DNA of 64,000 bases from an uncultured Gammaproteobacteria bacterium (GTDB taxonomy: Bacteria > Patescibacteriota > Microgenomatia > Daviesbacterales > UBA10151), in the NCBI GenBank assembly GCA_964649615.1, contig CAZYPW010000002.1, positions 66,969-130,968 of the forward strand, in the 5' to 3' direction. A program made the position numbers and the translations under genes. Position 1 is the stretch's first letter. Every line of letters begins with the position of its first letter. Below are positions 8,793-18,228 of the stretch, piece after piece. The notes under the pieces were generated by a model. The model was given only the letters and a program-made list of their open reading frames with translations. It searched no databases and had not been told where the DNA came from.

Positions 8793-9953
8793 CTAGCGAT
8801 TACTTCTTAAAAATGCCGGGATCTCTAAATCCTCATCATCTTCTTCTACTTTTTGCTTATCTGCTACTGATTCTTCCTCAGCTTCTGAGGATTGGCTGAC
8901 CTGGATAGGCTCTGGTGTTTCCTCAGTTGTCCAACTAGATTGCTGTTGCATGGAAGCGCTGCCTATTCCTGTACCTATAAACTCTCTTAACCTTCTTCTG
9001 GTCTCATCAAAACCTGTAGCAATTACAGAGATTTTTACTTGATCCAGTTGATCTTCTTTAATTGTGGCACCAAAAATAATATTGGCATCAGGATCTGCAG
9101 CTTGAGCAATGATTTGGGCAGCTTCATTTACCTCAGACATTGAAAGATCTGCTCCTCCCACAATGTTGAATAAAACTCCTTTTGCTCCCTCAATGGAAAC
9201 CTCAAGCAGGGGAGAGGCAATAGCCATCCTGGCCGCCGCGGCGGCCCTATTTTCTCCTCCTGCCACTCCAATTCCCATTAAAGCAGAACCTGCACTGGAC
9301 ATAATAGCTTTAACATCTGCAAAATCTACATTAATTAAACCGGGCATAGTAATTAAATCAGAAATCCCCTGCACTCCCTGCCCTAAAACAGAATCAGCTA
9401 ATCTGAAAGCATCCTGTAAAGTAATGTTTTTATCAACTGTCTCAAGTAATCTTTGGTTAGGGATAACAATTAATGCATCCACTTTATCTTTTAATTTTTC
9501 TATCCCCTCTTCTGCTACCACCATTCTTCTGGTTCCCTCAAAAAGGAATGGTTTAGTTACCACAGCTACAGTTAAAGCACCCGCGGCTTTTGCAACAGCA
9601 GCTACAATAGGAATAGACCCCGTTCCGGTTCCACCTCCCATACCTGCTGTTAGAAAAACCATATCAGCATCAGACAGCACATCATCTAATTTTTGGGTAG
9701 ATTCTTCAGCTGCTTGTTTGCCTATCTCTGGATCCCCGCCTGAACCTAAACCTTTTGTCAGCATCTCCCCTATTTGTACTTTAGTCGGGGATTGGTTATT
9801 CATTAAAGCTTGGGCATCTGTATTTATAGCTACAAATTCCACTCCTCCTATTTGTTGGAGGACAATCATGGAGTTAATGGAGTTAGAGCCACCGCCACCC
9901 AATCCTACCACCTTAATCTTAGCAAATCTTTGAACATCTGGTTTTACTAGCAT
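8793..9953 (-). CDS. ftsZ: Cell division GTPase FtsZ
   Basis: GGGGSN, AGMGGGTGTG, NVDFADV, C-terminal LEIPAFLR. Confidence 0.98.
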   Translation of the reverse strand: MLVKPDVQRFAKIKVVGLGGGGSNSINSMIVLQQIGGVEFVAINTDAQALMNNQSPTKVQIGEMLTKGLGSGGDPEIGKQAAEESTQKLDDVLSDADMVFLTAGMGGGTGTGSIPIVAAVAKAAGALTVAVVTKPFLFEGTRRMVVAEEGIEKLKDKVDALIVIPNQRLLETVDKNITLQDAFRLADSVLGQGVQGISDLITMPGLINVDFADVKAIMSSAGSALMGIGVAGGENRAAAAARMAIASPLLEVSIEGAKGVLFNIVGGADLSMSEVNEAAQIIAQAADPDANIIFGATIKEDQLDQVKISVIATGFDETRRRLREFIGTGIGSASMQQQSSWTTEETPEPIQVSQSSEAEEESVADKQKVEEDDEDLEIPAFLRSNR

Positions 9954-10022
9954 AATTTCGAATTTGGACAGATTTTGACATATCTAAAACCATTAATCAA
10001 GCCCTTTTTTTAAAATCAAAAT

Positions 10023-11312
10023 TTATGGCAGAAATGACTTAATCAAACTAATTCCCTTTTGAATCATCCCTTTGATAGGAAGACTATTAGATAACATTGG
10101 CAAATGAATGCCTCCACCCTCATTTTGGATTGACCCATATAAAATTAACCCTGCGCTTGCGGAAAAAGCAGGAGAATCTATTTCTTCTACTAAACCAGCT
10201 AAACCTTCAATTTGGCCTAAGCGGGCTGGAAAGCCTAATACATATTTAGCCTGCTCTAATGCTCCTATTGTTTGTGACCCGCCACCGCAAAGAACCAATC
10301 CTGAAGGAATTTGGGCTCCAAATCCGCTTTTTTTAATCTCTTTTCCTACATATTTAAATATTTCATGCAATCTTGGCCTGATAATTCCATCTGATATAGC
10401 TTTAATGGAAATTTTTTGAACATCTTCTTCAATTCCTAAAGCCTTAACATCTAAAGACCCTTCCTCTTTCTTTTTTCTTCTGTCGCTTTCATCGTTTTGA
10501 TCATTTGAAATAGCCGGGATTTTCTCAACCTTATCCAACGACAGCTTAATTTTTTCAGCTGACTCCAACGATACTCTTAGGCCGACAGCCATATCAGAGG
10601 TGATATGCCGTGCACCAATTGGTATAACTGAGGAATAAGCTACAGAACCATCTATAAATATCACCACATCTGTTGTTTCCCCACCAATGTCAACCAAAAC
10701 TACCCCCAGCTCTTTTTCTGTATCTGTCAAAATTGCAAAAGAAGAAGCTATACCGGAAAAAACCAGCTCAGAAACATCTATGCCCACTTCCGATACACAT
10801 TTAACCAAATTTCTCATGGAAGTGGTAGAACCTGTAATAATATGCGTTTCAGTTTCAAGCCTTATCCCAGTCATACCTATAGGATCTTTAATACCTTCTT
10901 GCCCGTCAACTGTAAAAGTTCTGGGGATCACATGAAGGATCTCTCTGGAGGAAGGCAGGGGAACTGCTTTTGCAGCATCATTAACCCTGGCAATATCCCC
11001 CTCTTTTATTTCACCTTCAGGCTCAGCAACAGCTACCACTGCATGTGAATTAACGCTTTCAATTTGTGGGCCTCCTACTGAAATATAGGCTGAAGATATG
11101 GAATAGCCTGCCATTCTCTCTGAAGCCTCAACAGATTCCGTAATGGCAGTTATTGCTTCATCTATATCAACCACCTGATTTTTTCTGATTCCCTTTGAAG
11201 CAGTAGCAGAGATCCCTATTAAATTTATTTTTCCCGTCTCATCTACACTTGCAATTAGAGTTGCAATTTTTGAAGAACCAACATCTATTCCGCAAATAAC
11301 TTTATCTTTCAT
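10023..11312 (-). CDS. ftsA: Cell division protein FtsA
   Basis: GIDVGSSK, VDIGGETT, GLVLCGGGS, C-terminal amphipathic helix; lies upstream of ftsZ; start taken at MKDK. Confidence 0.95.
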   Translation of the reverse strand: MKDKVICGIDVGSSKIATLIASVDETGKINLIGISATASKGIRKNQVVDIDEAITAITESVEASERMAGYSISSAYISVGGPQIESVNSHAVVAVAEPEGEIKEGDIARVNDAAKAVPLPSSREILHVIPRTFTVDGQEGIKDPIGMTGIRLETETHIITGSTTSMRNLVKCVSEVGIDVSELVFSGIASSFAILTDTEKELGVVLVDIGGETTDVVIFIDGSVAYSSVIPIGARHITSDMAVGLRVSLESAEKIKLSLDKVEKIPAISNDQNDESDRRKKKEEGSLDVKALGIEEDVQKISIKAISDGIIRPRLHEIFKYVGKEIKKSGFGAQIPSGLVLCGGGSQTIGALEQAKYVLGFPARLGQIEGLAGLVEEIDSPAFSASAGLILYGSIQNEGGGIHLPMLSNSLPIKGMIQKGISLIKSFLP

Positions 11313-12093
11313 TTTTCTTAGGGGCAAATTTCACAATTGGCTTATCAAATCTCAAATCGATAACCTCTATCTCTTTATCATCTATTTTAGCCTCCTTTAG
11401 GATTAATTGTAAAGATGCAAGTTGATAGCTTACTGAAAGCTTAAGATTAAAAAATATTTTAGGGTTGGCATCTACAAATAATCCATTATCGGCAAGAGTA
11501 ATCAAACGGTTTATATTTATCCCCAGATTGTTTATGGTCGTTAATATTTTTTTAATATCTTCCATATTTGGCTCAGTGATAACTTTTCCTAATTCAATTT
11601 TTTGCCCAGACAGATAAATTTCAACCAAACTTAAACTCTCATCTTTATTAAAAATAATGCCTGTATCATCCACAATATATCCTCTATCTAAAATGTTTGA
11701 AGAAGATGTGGCCTCAACAAGAGAAAAAGATGAGGTCGCTTCATTTCTTATACTAACTAGTTTGGCGAAGGGTTGTCTGGCTATTAATTCAATGTTAATT
11801 ATATTTGGCAGCGATTTTGAAACAATCATATCTTTTATACAAGGATACCGGGGTTTCAAATCAGAAAATATTTTATGGAAATCTACATTTAAAATATGTT
11901 TGCCTAAAATTCCAAGTTTATTTTCAAATTTATCCCCATTTACACAAAAAGCTTTTTCATTTTTAATATTAATATTGCTGATGGAGAAAATTTTTAACTG
12001 CAAAAAATAGGCAGAGATACCAAGAAAGAGGATTAACAAAAAGAGCACTGCTGCCATAGCATATCTTATTTTTTTCTTTTTTTTAAACCTCAT
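11302..12093 (-). CDS. ftsQ: FtsQ/DivIB-like cell division protein
   Basis: Basic N-terminus + single TM, POTRA-like region, C-terminal IDLRF; between murG and ftsA. Confidence 0.75.
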   Translation of the reverse strand: MRFKKKKKIRYAMAAVLFLLILFLGISAYFLQLKIFSISNINIKNEKAFCVNGDKFENKLGILGKHILNVDFHKIFSDLKPRYPCIKDMIVSKSLPNIINIELIARQPFAKLVSIRNEATSSFSLVEATSSSNILDRGYIVDDTGIIFNKDESLSLVEIYLSGQKIELGKVITEPNMEDIKKILTTINNLGININRLITLADNGLFVDANPKIFFNLKLSVSYQLASLQLILKEAKIDDKEIEVIDLRFDKPIVKFAPKKNER

Positions 12094-12101
12094 GCCATAA
12101 A

Positions 12102-13211
12102 TTATACATCCCTTAAAAGCAAAATTGTTTCAAGGGCTACTCTTTGTGCTGCATCTACTACCACCACTTTTTTTGCCCCTTTAGCCTTTATCCTTAAATT
12201 ATCCAAATCTTTTACCATTTGCTTAATATTTTCCAGTAGAACTTTACTTGACAGCTTTGATTGAGGAAGAATTCTAGTAAGGCCTAAGTTTTCAAAAAAT
12301 TTAGCGTTTTCGTTCTGTTCATCCTGGTATAAATAAGGTATCGGAATAACTAAGGCGGGCTTTTGAAAATAAGCAAGTTCCATCAAAGTATTAATTCCAG
12401 CCCTAGAAATAACAAGATCTGTTTTTGAAAGCAAACTTGCCCACTGCTCCCCAATCCATTTTTTTACTATATATCCTTCTCCCCTAAATTTCTCCAAACG
12501 TTCAAAGTCCCTAAATTTATTATCTCCGCTCACATGGATTACACAAGCAATTTTAAGTAATTTATCAATACAACCCTCCACAGCCTGGTTTATAACGTGT
12601 GAACCTTGATTGCCACCTGTTATTAGAATAATGGGTAGCTTATTTTTTCTTGCAACATTTATTAGATTTTTAAACTCTGATGTTAGATTGCTGTGAGGAT
12701 GAATTATTTGCTCTCTTAAGGGGTTTCCACTCAAGATATACCTTTTATCATTAAAGTTATTTTGTTTAAAGGAAATGGCAATTTTGCTTGCAAATATATT
12801 GTTGATTATGTTTGCAATTCCTGCGGTTAGTGTCTGCTGATGAGTAATAATAGGAATAGAAAGCAACCAACCCCAAAAAACTAGTGGTATAGATACGTAT
12901 CCTCCAAAAGATAATATTACATCCGGTTTTTGGATTAAAAGTATATATAATGCCTGAAACAAGCCTATTGGAATTTTGAAAAGTGTGTAAAAAGTGAAAA
13001 TATTAAAAGTTCTTTGCCACCTACCTGCCACAATTGGAATGAATTCAACTCCTAAGAGAGGTACTACTTGGGATTCAATAGATTGAGCATTATCACCTTC
13101 CATAGTAGCCCTTCTTCCAACATAAATAATGTCAATATTCTTATTTTTTTTAAGTTCAGAAATCACCGCAACTGCAGGAGTAAAATGTGTACCAGTTAAT
13201 AATATCTTCAT
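12102..13211 (-). CDS. murG: Lipid II GlcNAc transferase MurG
   Basis: TGTHFTPA, FGGYVS.P, GNPLR, TGGNQGS, ISRAG, EQNENA. Confidence 0.92.
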   Translation of the reverse strand: MKILLTGTHFTPAVAVISELKKNKNIDIIYVGRRATMEGDNAQSIESQVVPLLGVEFIPIVAGRWQRTFNIFTFYTLFKIPIGLFQALYILLIQKPDVILSFGGYVSIPLVFWGWLLSIPIITHQQTLTAGIANIINNIFASKIAISFKQNNFNDKRYILSGNPLREQIIHPHSNLTSEFKNLINVARKNKLPIILITGGNQGSHVINQAVEGCIDKLLKIACVIHVSGDNKFRDFERLEKFRGEGYIVKKWIGEQWASLLSKTDLVISRAGINTLMELAYFQKPALVIPIPYLYQDEQNENAKFFENLGLTRILPQSKLSSKVLLENIKQMVKDLDNLRIKAKGAKKVVVVDAAQRVALETILLLRDV

Positions 13212-13250
13212 TAGATAATTCTACGTTATTGTCTTACCCTAAGCAATTCA

Positions 13251-13281
13251 TAGCCTCATAGGGTTGAACCTTGTGAGACTA
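13251..13281. repeat. 31-bp REP-like hairpin upstream of the RAYT gene
   Basis: tagcctcatagggtt-g-aaccttgtgagacta pairs with one mismatch and two G-T; overlaps the -35 box. Confidence 0.7.
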
Positions 13282-13299
13282 AAAAGAATATGTTACATT
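13271..13299 (+). promoter_or_regulatory. Sigma70-type promoter of the RAYT gene
   Basis: TTGTGA-17 bp-TACATT with extended TG; ATG 6 nt downstream. Confidence 0.55.
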
Positions 13300-13305
13300 A
13301 TATTT

Positions 13306-14004
13306 ATGCCCGCCCGTAACAGAACCAAACAATATGTAGGAGAGAGTTATTATCATATTTATAATCGTGGAGTTGAGAAAAGAACAATTTTTTTAGATGA
13401 ACAGGATTATTCAGTTTTCCTTTCTTACTTAAAAGAGTATTTATCCTTTAGAGATGACAGAGCTTTGTCAGACAGGTTAATGGATTATTCTATCTCCTAT
13501 AAGGAAAGAGACCACATTCTAAGAATTTTAAGATTAAACAACTTCTACGAGGAGATTACTCTTCTTGCTTATTGTTTAATGACTAATCACTTTCATTTTT
13601 TTATCAAACAAAAAGGTGCACAATCAATTGATAAATTTATGCAATCATTTGTTACAAGATATGTGATGTACTTTAATAGAAAATACAAAAGAGTTGGGGC
13701 TTTATACCAAGATATCTATAAAGCGGTCCTTCTTGAAAATGATGAGCAATTTGTATACCTATCAAAATACATACATAGACAGGCAAATATCCATGATTTA
13801 CGCACACAGGGTTCAACCTTGGGAGGCTGGAAGCAACCATCTTCTTATCCTGAATACCTTGGAGAAAGAAAAACTGAGTGGATTCACCCAGAAGAAGTTT
13901 TAAGTTATTTTTCTAAAACCAATCCTAAACTCACCTATAAAGCTTTTGTGGAAGAAAAAGATGATTTTTCTGTAATAGAAAATAAGCTTTTAGAAGATAA
14001 TTAA
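13306..14004 (+). mobile_element. REP-associated tyrosine transposase (RAYT, Y1 HUH family)
   Basis: YYHIYNRG.EKR.IF, AYCLMTNHFH (HUH), YFNRKYKRVG.L.Q, LSKYIH, SSY..Y; antisense insertion in the dcw cluster. Confidence 0.88.
13807..13821. repeat. Second copy of the RAYT palindrome, inside the RAYT ORF
   Basis: cagggtt-c-aaccttg, read in frame as QGSTL. Confidence 0.6.
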
Positions 14005-14897
14005 TCTTTTATAAAATTAATCACATCTAATAAGTTCCCAGTGGTTATTTGATGTTCATCATTAATTTCAGTATTCACTCTAGCTTTCTGAAAAAGAACA
14101 ACTAAACCAAAACCCAATTGCTCTTTAGGCATTTGTAAATCTCCACCAAAAGAATCACCAACCATAATTGCATTTTTAGTATCAACTGCTTTTCCTAAGT
14201 CTTGTTCTGCTATTTTTATTCCTTTCTCAAAAAAGTCTAAATGTGGTTTATCTTCAGGATCACCAATAGACAAAGCATTAAAACTAACTCCTTTTTCTCT
14301 TAATAGCTCTATTCTTTGTCTCTTTAGTACCTCCGAATATTCTGGATCATAATCAAATTGACCTTCTTGATCCATTTTTAACCTCCCATCACTACTTGTG
14401 ATTAAATAGATTGGTCTATTATGCCTTTTAATCTCTTGAATCAGATTAAGTGCATGAGGATAAACAGTAGTTTGTTCTGTTAAGGTTATCCAGTATGCAT
14501 CAGCAGATTCATGAACTAACTCTGGAGGAATTTTTAAACCTGCTTGCTCTGCTGCGAGTTTCACAAAAACTTCTCTACTCCACTTTTTAATAGCACCATA
14601 CCTTTGTTTTACTCTGACTTGGGCGCTTTCGATATCATCTATCAGTTTGTCAAAAGCCTCTTTCCTTCCTGGTACTTGCTGCCAATCTTCTTCACCTTTC
14701 ACCCTGTATCCAGTCATCATTAATTGGAAAATGTTATTAAAATTGTCTTGAACTTGTTGAGCTTGTTCTGATGTAAATTTTACTGAAAATACTCTTTTTA
14801 TTCCCTTAGAAGCAGACATTGTTGTTCCCGCTGTATCAATCAAAGTATCATCTATGTCAAAAAACCATATAGACTTTAGCCAAGGAATTTTATTCAT
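14001..14897 (-). CDS. HAD-superfamily hydrolase
   Basis: Motif I FDIDDTL, motif II ITSS, KP, motif IV MVGDS...D. Confidence 0.85.
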   Translation of the reverse strand: MNKIPWLKSIWFFDIDDTLIDTAGTTMSASKGIKRVFSVKFTSEQAQQVQDNFNNIFQLMMTGYRVKGEEDWQQVPGRKEAFDKLIDDIESAQVRVKQRYGAIKKWSREVFVKLAAEQAGLKIPPELVHESADAYWITLTEQTTVYPHALNLIQEIKRHNRPIYLITSSDGRLKMDQEGQFDYDPEYSEVLKRQRIELLREKGVSFNALSIGDPEDKPHLDFFEKGIKIAEQDLGKAVDTKNAIMVGDSFGGDLQMPKEQLGFGLVVLFQKARVNTEINDEHQITTGNLLDVINFIKD

Positions 14898-14903
14898 AAA
14901 AGA

Positions 14904-15995
14904 CTAATTATTTTTGGAAATATTTAATAATATTCCAACTGCTGTTAAATTTGCTACCAATGCTGAACCTCCATAAGAAATAAAAGGCAGGGGAACTCCG
15001 GTTAAAGGAAGCAATGCTACCATAGATGATAAATTTATTACTACCTGTACACCAAGCCATGAAGTCAAACCAATTGCTAAAATCTTTCCAAAATTATCAG
15101 GGCAATTCTCGGAAATTTTTAATCCCTTAAAAATAAACACCACAAAGAGCATTATTAAAAATAATGTTCCTACAAAACCCAGCTCTTCCCCAACTATGCC
15201 AAAAATTGAATCTGTTGATACCTCAGGTATATATTCAAACTTTTGCCTTGAATGGGAAAGGCCTAATCCAAATAATCCACCCGATCCTAAGGCAATAAGC
15301 ACTTGAGAAATATGATAGGTAAAACCTTGGGGATCTGAAAAAGGATCTAAGAATGCCAATACTCTTTTAAGGCGGTAACTAGATGTAAAAATAAGTGCCA
15401 GTAAAGTTACAATGGCAGCTGGTATTACTAAGAGAAAATGCCAAAGAGGGCCACCTCTTACAAAATAAAGGGCAGCTGTAGCTAGAACAAAAACAATAGT
15501 TGAACCCAAATCCTTTTGAAATACAGCAATGATTAAAGTTACCACTCCTACCAAAGTAATAAACGGGAAAAATCTGACCCCCTTTTCAAAAATTGTTGAC
15601 AAAAAAATTATTCCAGTTAATTTGACAATTTCTGCAGGTTGAATTGTAATAAACCCCAGTTTCAACCATCTATGAGCTCCCCCGCCAGATATTCCCAACC
15701 CTGGTATAAAAACAGCTACTAAAAGTACAAGGGAAATTAAAAGTAGTGGAAAAGCTAATCGTTTAAATTTTTTATAATCTAAATTAGCAAATAAAAGTAG
15801 CGATACAAATCCTAAAACAACCCAAATAAGCTGTTGTCTAATATAATAGTAGCTATCATTAAAATCATTTAAAGCTTGTATAACGGAGGCGTCATAAACC
15901 ATCAAAAGGCCAAAACCAACTAAGAGACCAACTATAGATAACATCTGAAAATCTATCTGTTTATTTTGTTGCTGAAGGCGAAATCTAGTAAACAT
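14904..15995 (-). CDS. ftsW: SEDS protein FtsW
   Basis: GLLMVYDAS, RWL.LG..IQPAE, DLGS, QKFEYIPE.STDSIF, LPFISYGGS; dcw position. Confidence 0.93.
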   Translation of the reverse strand: MFTRFRLQQQNKQIDFQMLSIVGLLVGFGLLMVYDASVIQALNDFNDSYYYIRQQLIWVVLGFVSLLLFANLDYKKFKRLAFPLLLISLVLLVAVFIPGLGISGGGAHRWLKLGFITIQPAEIVKLTGIIFLSTIFEKGVRFFPFITLVGVVTLIIAVFQKDLGSTIVFVLATAALYFVRGGPLWHFLLVIPAAIVTLLALIFTSSYRLKRVLAFLDPFSDPQGFTYHISQVLIALGSGGLFGLGLSHSRQKFEYIPEVSTDSIFGIVGEELGFVGTLFLIMLFVVFIFKGLKISENCPDNFGKILAIGLTSWLGVQVVINLSSMVALLPLTGVPLPFISYGGSALVANLTAVGILLNISKNN

Positions 15996-16005
15996 AAATT
16001 ATACC

Positions 16006-17013
16006 TTAATTGGATAACAGTGCAATCCAAACACCTAAAACGGCAAAGAGTGACTGTACTAACCAAAACCTGAATACAATTTTTGGCTCTTGCCAACCAA
16101 TATATTTAAAATACATGTGGATTGGAGCAATGGGTAATATTTTTCTTGCCAAAAATTTCTTGGAGATTATTTGCAGTAGCGATGAGCAAATAATTACAAA
16201 AAACATCCCGCCTATAATTGCAAATGCTAAAATTTTCCCTGATAATAAACCTACAACTGCCAATGTTGCACCAAAAGCAAATGCTCCAGCATCTCCTAAG
16301 AAAATTCTTGCAGGCCAAATATTAAAATAAAGAAAAGCAAGTAAAGCCCCTATCCATATGCCAATAAAAGAACCTAAAGTCAGATCTAAATATTGAGAAA
16401 ATATGGCTAAAAATGCAAATAAGCAGATTGTTAAAAGGCCTGCTGCTAAACCATCAAGGCCATCAGAAATGTTATAAGCATTGGTAAAAGAAACAATTAC
16501 AAATGTAGCAAAAGGAATATACCAAAAATCGATCACATAATTGCCTAATAGAGGAATATATAAATTATTAAGCCCTATTAAAAAATAGAGCAGTGAGGCA
16601 ATAATTAAAGCACAGATTGTTTGCAAAATAAATATTTCTTTCCGTCCTAACCCCAAAAATTTCCCGCTTCTTTTTGTCAAAATAAGCTTGATATCATCAA
16701 CTGCCCCCAAGCTGCCAAAAGAAATTAATGTAGCAATCAGGATAAGAAGAACTGTCCGGTCCGGTTGGCTACTAACAAATGCAAAACCTAAACTCAATAT
16801 AATTAATATAGGAATTAGCAGCAATCCTCCCCCTGAAGGAATTTTCTCATCCATTTTCATTAATTGATCATGAATAGGAGTATCAGAAATTCTTTTTATC
16901 GCCTTAGAATTTTCAAATTTTCTCTTTAAGTAAAATAAAAGATCTATGAAAGGAACTAGAAAAATACTGGTGATAAAAAAAGAAAGCAGTAGCAGTCCTA
17001 GAAGTTGAGTCAT
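16006..17013 (-). CDS. mraY: Phospho-MurNAc-pentapeptide translocase MraY
   Basis: P..GG, GAVDD, NAYNISDGLDGL, PARIFLGDAG, APIH. Confidence 0.9.
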   Translation of the reverse strand: MTQLLGLLLLSFFITSIFLVPFIDLLFYLKRKFENSKAIKRISDTPIHDQLMKMDEKIPSGGGLLLIPILIILSLGFAFVSSQPDRTVLLILIATLISFGSLGAVDDIKLILTKRSGKFLGLGRKEIFILQTICALIIASLLYFLIGLNNLYIPLLGNYVIDFWYIPFATFVIVSFTNAYNISDGLDGLAAGLLTICLFAFLAIFSQYLDLTLGSFIGIWIGALLAFLYFNIWPARIFLGDAGAFAFGATLAVVGLLSGKILAFAIIGGMFFVIICSSLLQIISKKFLARKILPIAPIHMYFKYIGWQEPKIVFRFWLVQSLFAVLGVWIALLSN

Positions 17014-17025
17014 AAATTTTTGTGG

Positions 17026-18222
17026 TTATTTCTTAGTAATTCTTTTTACTACTTCATCCAATCTTACCGCACGGGAGCCCTTAATCAAACACACATCACC
17101 TTTCCCTAAGTTCTTTAACAGTTTAGACACCATCTGGGAGTTTTGCAAGTTTACACTCAGCCTTTCTTCAAAGAATCCTAAATTCTTTAACTCATCTGCT
17201 ATAATTTGGGCCTCTCCTTGCCCTAAAAAAACTAAATCAACTTTTTCCTTAAATATTCTCCTTGCTACTTCCCTATGAAGCATCTCCGAATATTTACCTA
17301 ACTCTCTCATCTCACCTAAGACTAAAACTCTTCTTCTGGCTGGAATTTGTAAAAGAGCATCAATGGCCCCGTCAACAGCAGCAGGTGAAGAGTTATAGGT
17401 ATCATCCAAAATTACAGAACCATTCGGACCAGCTACTACTTGCAACCTATGATCGGAAGATTCAACAGATTCTAGCGCTACCTTTATTTTTGTTAAAGGA
17501 ATATTACAAATAATGCCTAAGGCTGCTGCTGCCAAAGCTGGATAAACTTGGTGTAGGCCTAATAATTGGTATTCAATTTTTACTCTTTCCACCCCTACAT
17601 TTAACTCAAAAATGGTTTTAAAATCCTCTATCCTAATATTTCCTGCCCAGACATTGCAGTTTTTAGAATCTGTGCCAAAAAATATCACCTCTCCTTTGCA
17701 AATTTGAGATAATTTCCGGGTATAAACATCATCATAGTTTAATATAGCCACTCCATCTGAAGGTAATTGTTCTACTAATTTACCTTTTTCCTGGGCAATC
17801 TGCTCCACATTTCCGAGATATTCACTATGGGCATAAAAAATTTTGGTGACTATTACAGTTTTTGGGCTAATAATAGAAAGGTAAAAATCCATTTCTCCTG
17901 GGTATTCAATTCCCATCTCAAATATGGCTTTTTTAACAGATGGTCGTAGTTTCAAAACAGTTTCAGGAATATTTAAAATAGGGTCTAAATTTGGGGAAGT
18001 TGTTATAGTTTTGAATTTTTGCGAGAGAATAGCTTGAGAGACTTGAATACAAGTGGTCTTTCCTACAGATCCGCTAACTCCTACAAATAATTCTCTTGGA
18101 TATAATTTGGCGTATTCTCTTGCTAAATGAATCCTTAAAAGATGAAAAGGTTTTTTAAATTTAGATATTTTAGTTTTATAAGGTGTACTTTGATTCCAAA
18201 TAGGATGTGCTTTAATATCCAT
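17026..18222 (-). CDS. murF: UDP-MurNAc-tripeptide:D-Ala-D-Ala ligase MurF
   Basis: GSVGKTT, EMG, DDTYNSSP, LGEMRELG, KGSR. Confidence 0.88.
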   Translation of the reverse strand: MDIKAHPIWNQSTPYKTKISKFKKPFHLLRIHLAREYAKLYPRELFVGVSGSVGKTTCIQVSQAILSQKFKTITTSPNLDPILNIPETVLKLRPSVKKAIFEMGIEYPGEMDFYLSIISPKTVIVTKIFYAHSEYLGNVEQIAQEKGKLVEQLPSDGVAILNYDDVYTRKLSQICKGEVIFFGTDSKNCNVWAGNIRIEDFKTIFELNVGVERVKIEYQLLGLHQVYPALAAAALGIICNIPLTKIKVALESVESSDHRLQVVAGPNGSVILDDTYNSSPAAVDGAIDALLQIPARRRVLVLGEMRELGKYSEMLHREVARRIFKEKVDLVFLGQGEAQIIADELKNLGFFEERLSVNLQNSQMVSKLLKNLGKGDVCLIKGSRAVRLDEVVKRITKK

Positions 18223-18228
18223 ATAAAC

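Noticed and set aside
9231-9246. Perfect 16-bp GC palindrome ggccgccg|cggcggcc in ftsZ
   Set aside because: It encodes an Ala run in the conserved RAxxAA helix; Ala codons largely explain the symmetry and it is not an insertion.
9109-9933. 274-aa antisense ORF (and the many similar short antisense ORFs)
   Set aside because: Shadows of conserved genes such as ftsZ, with no recognisable motifs.
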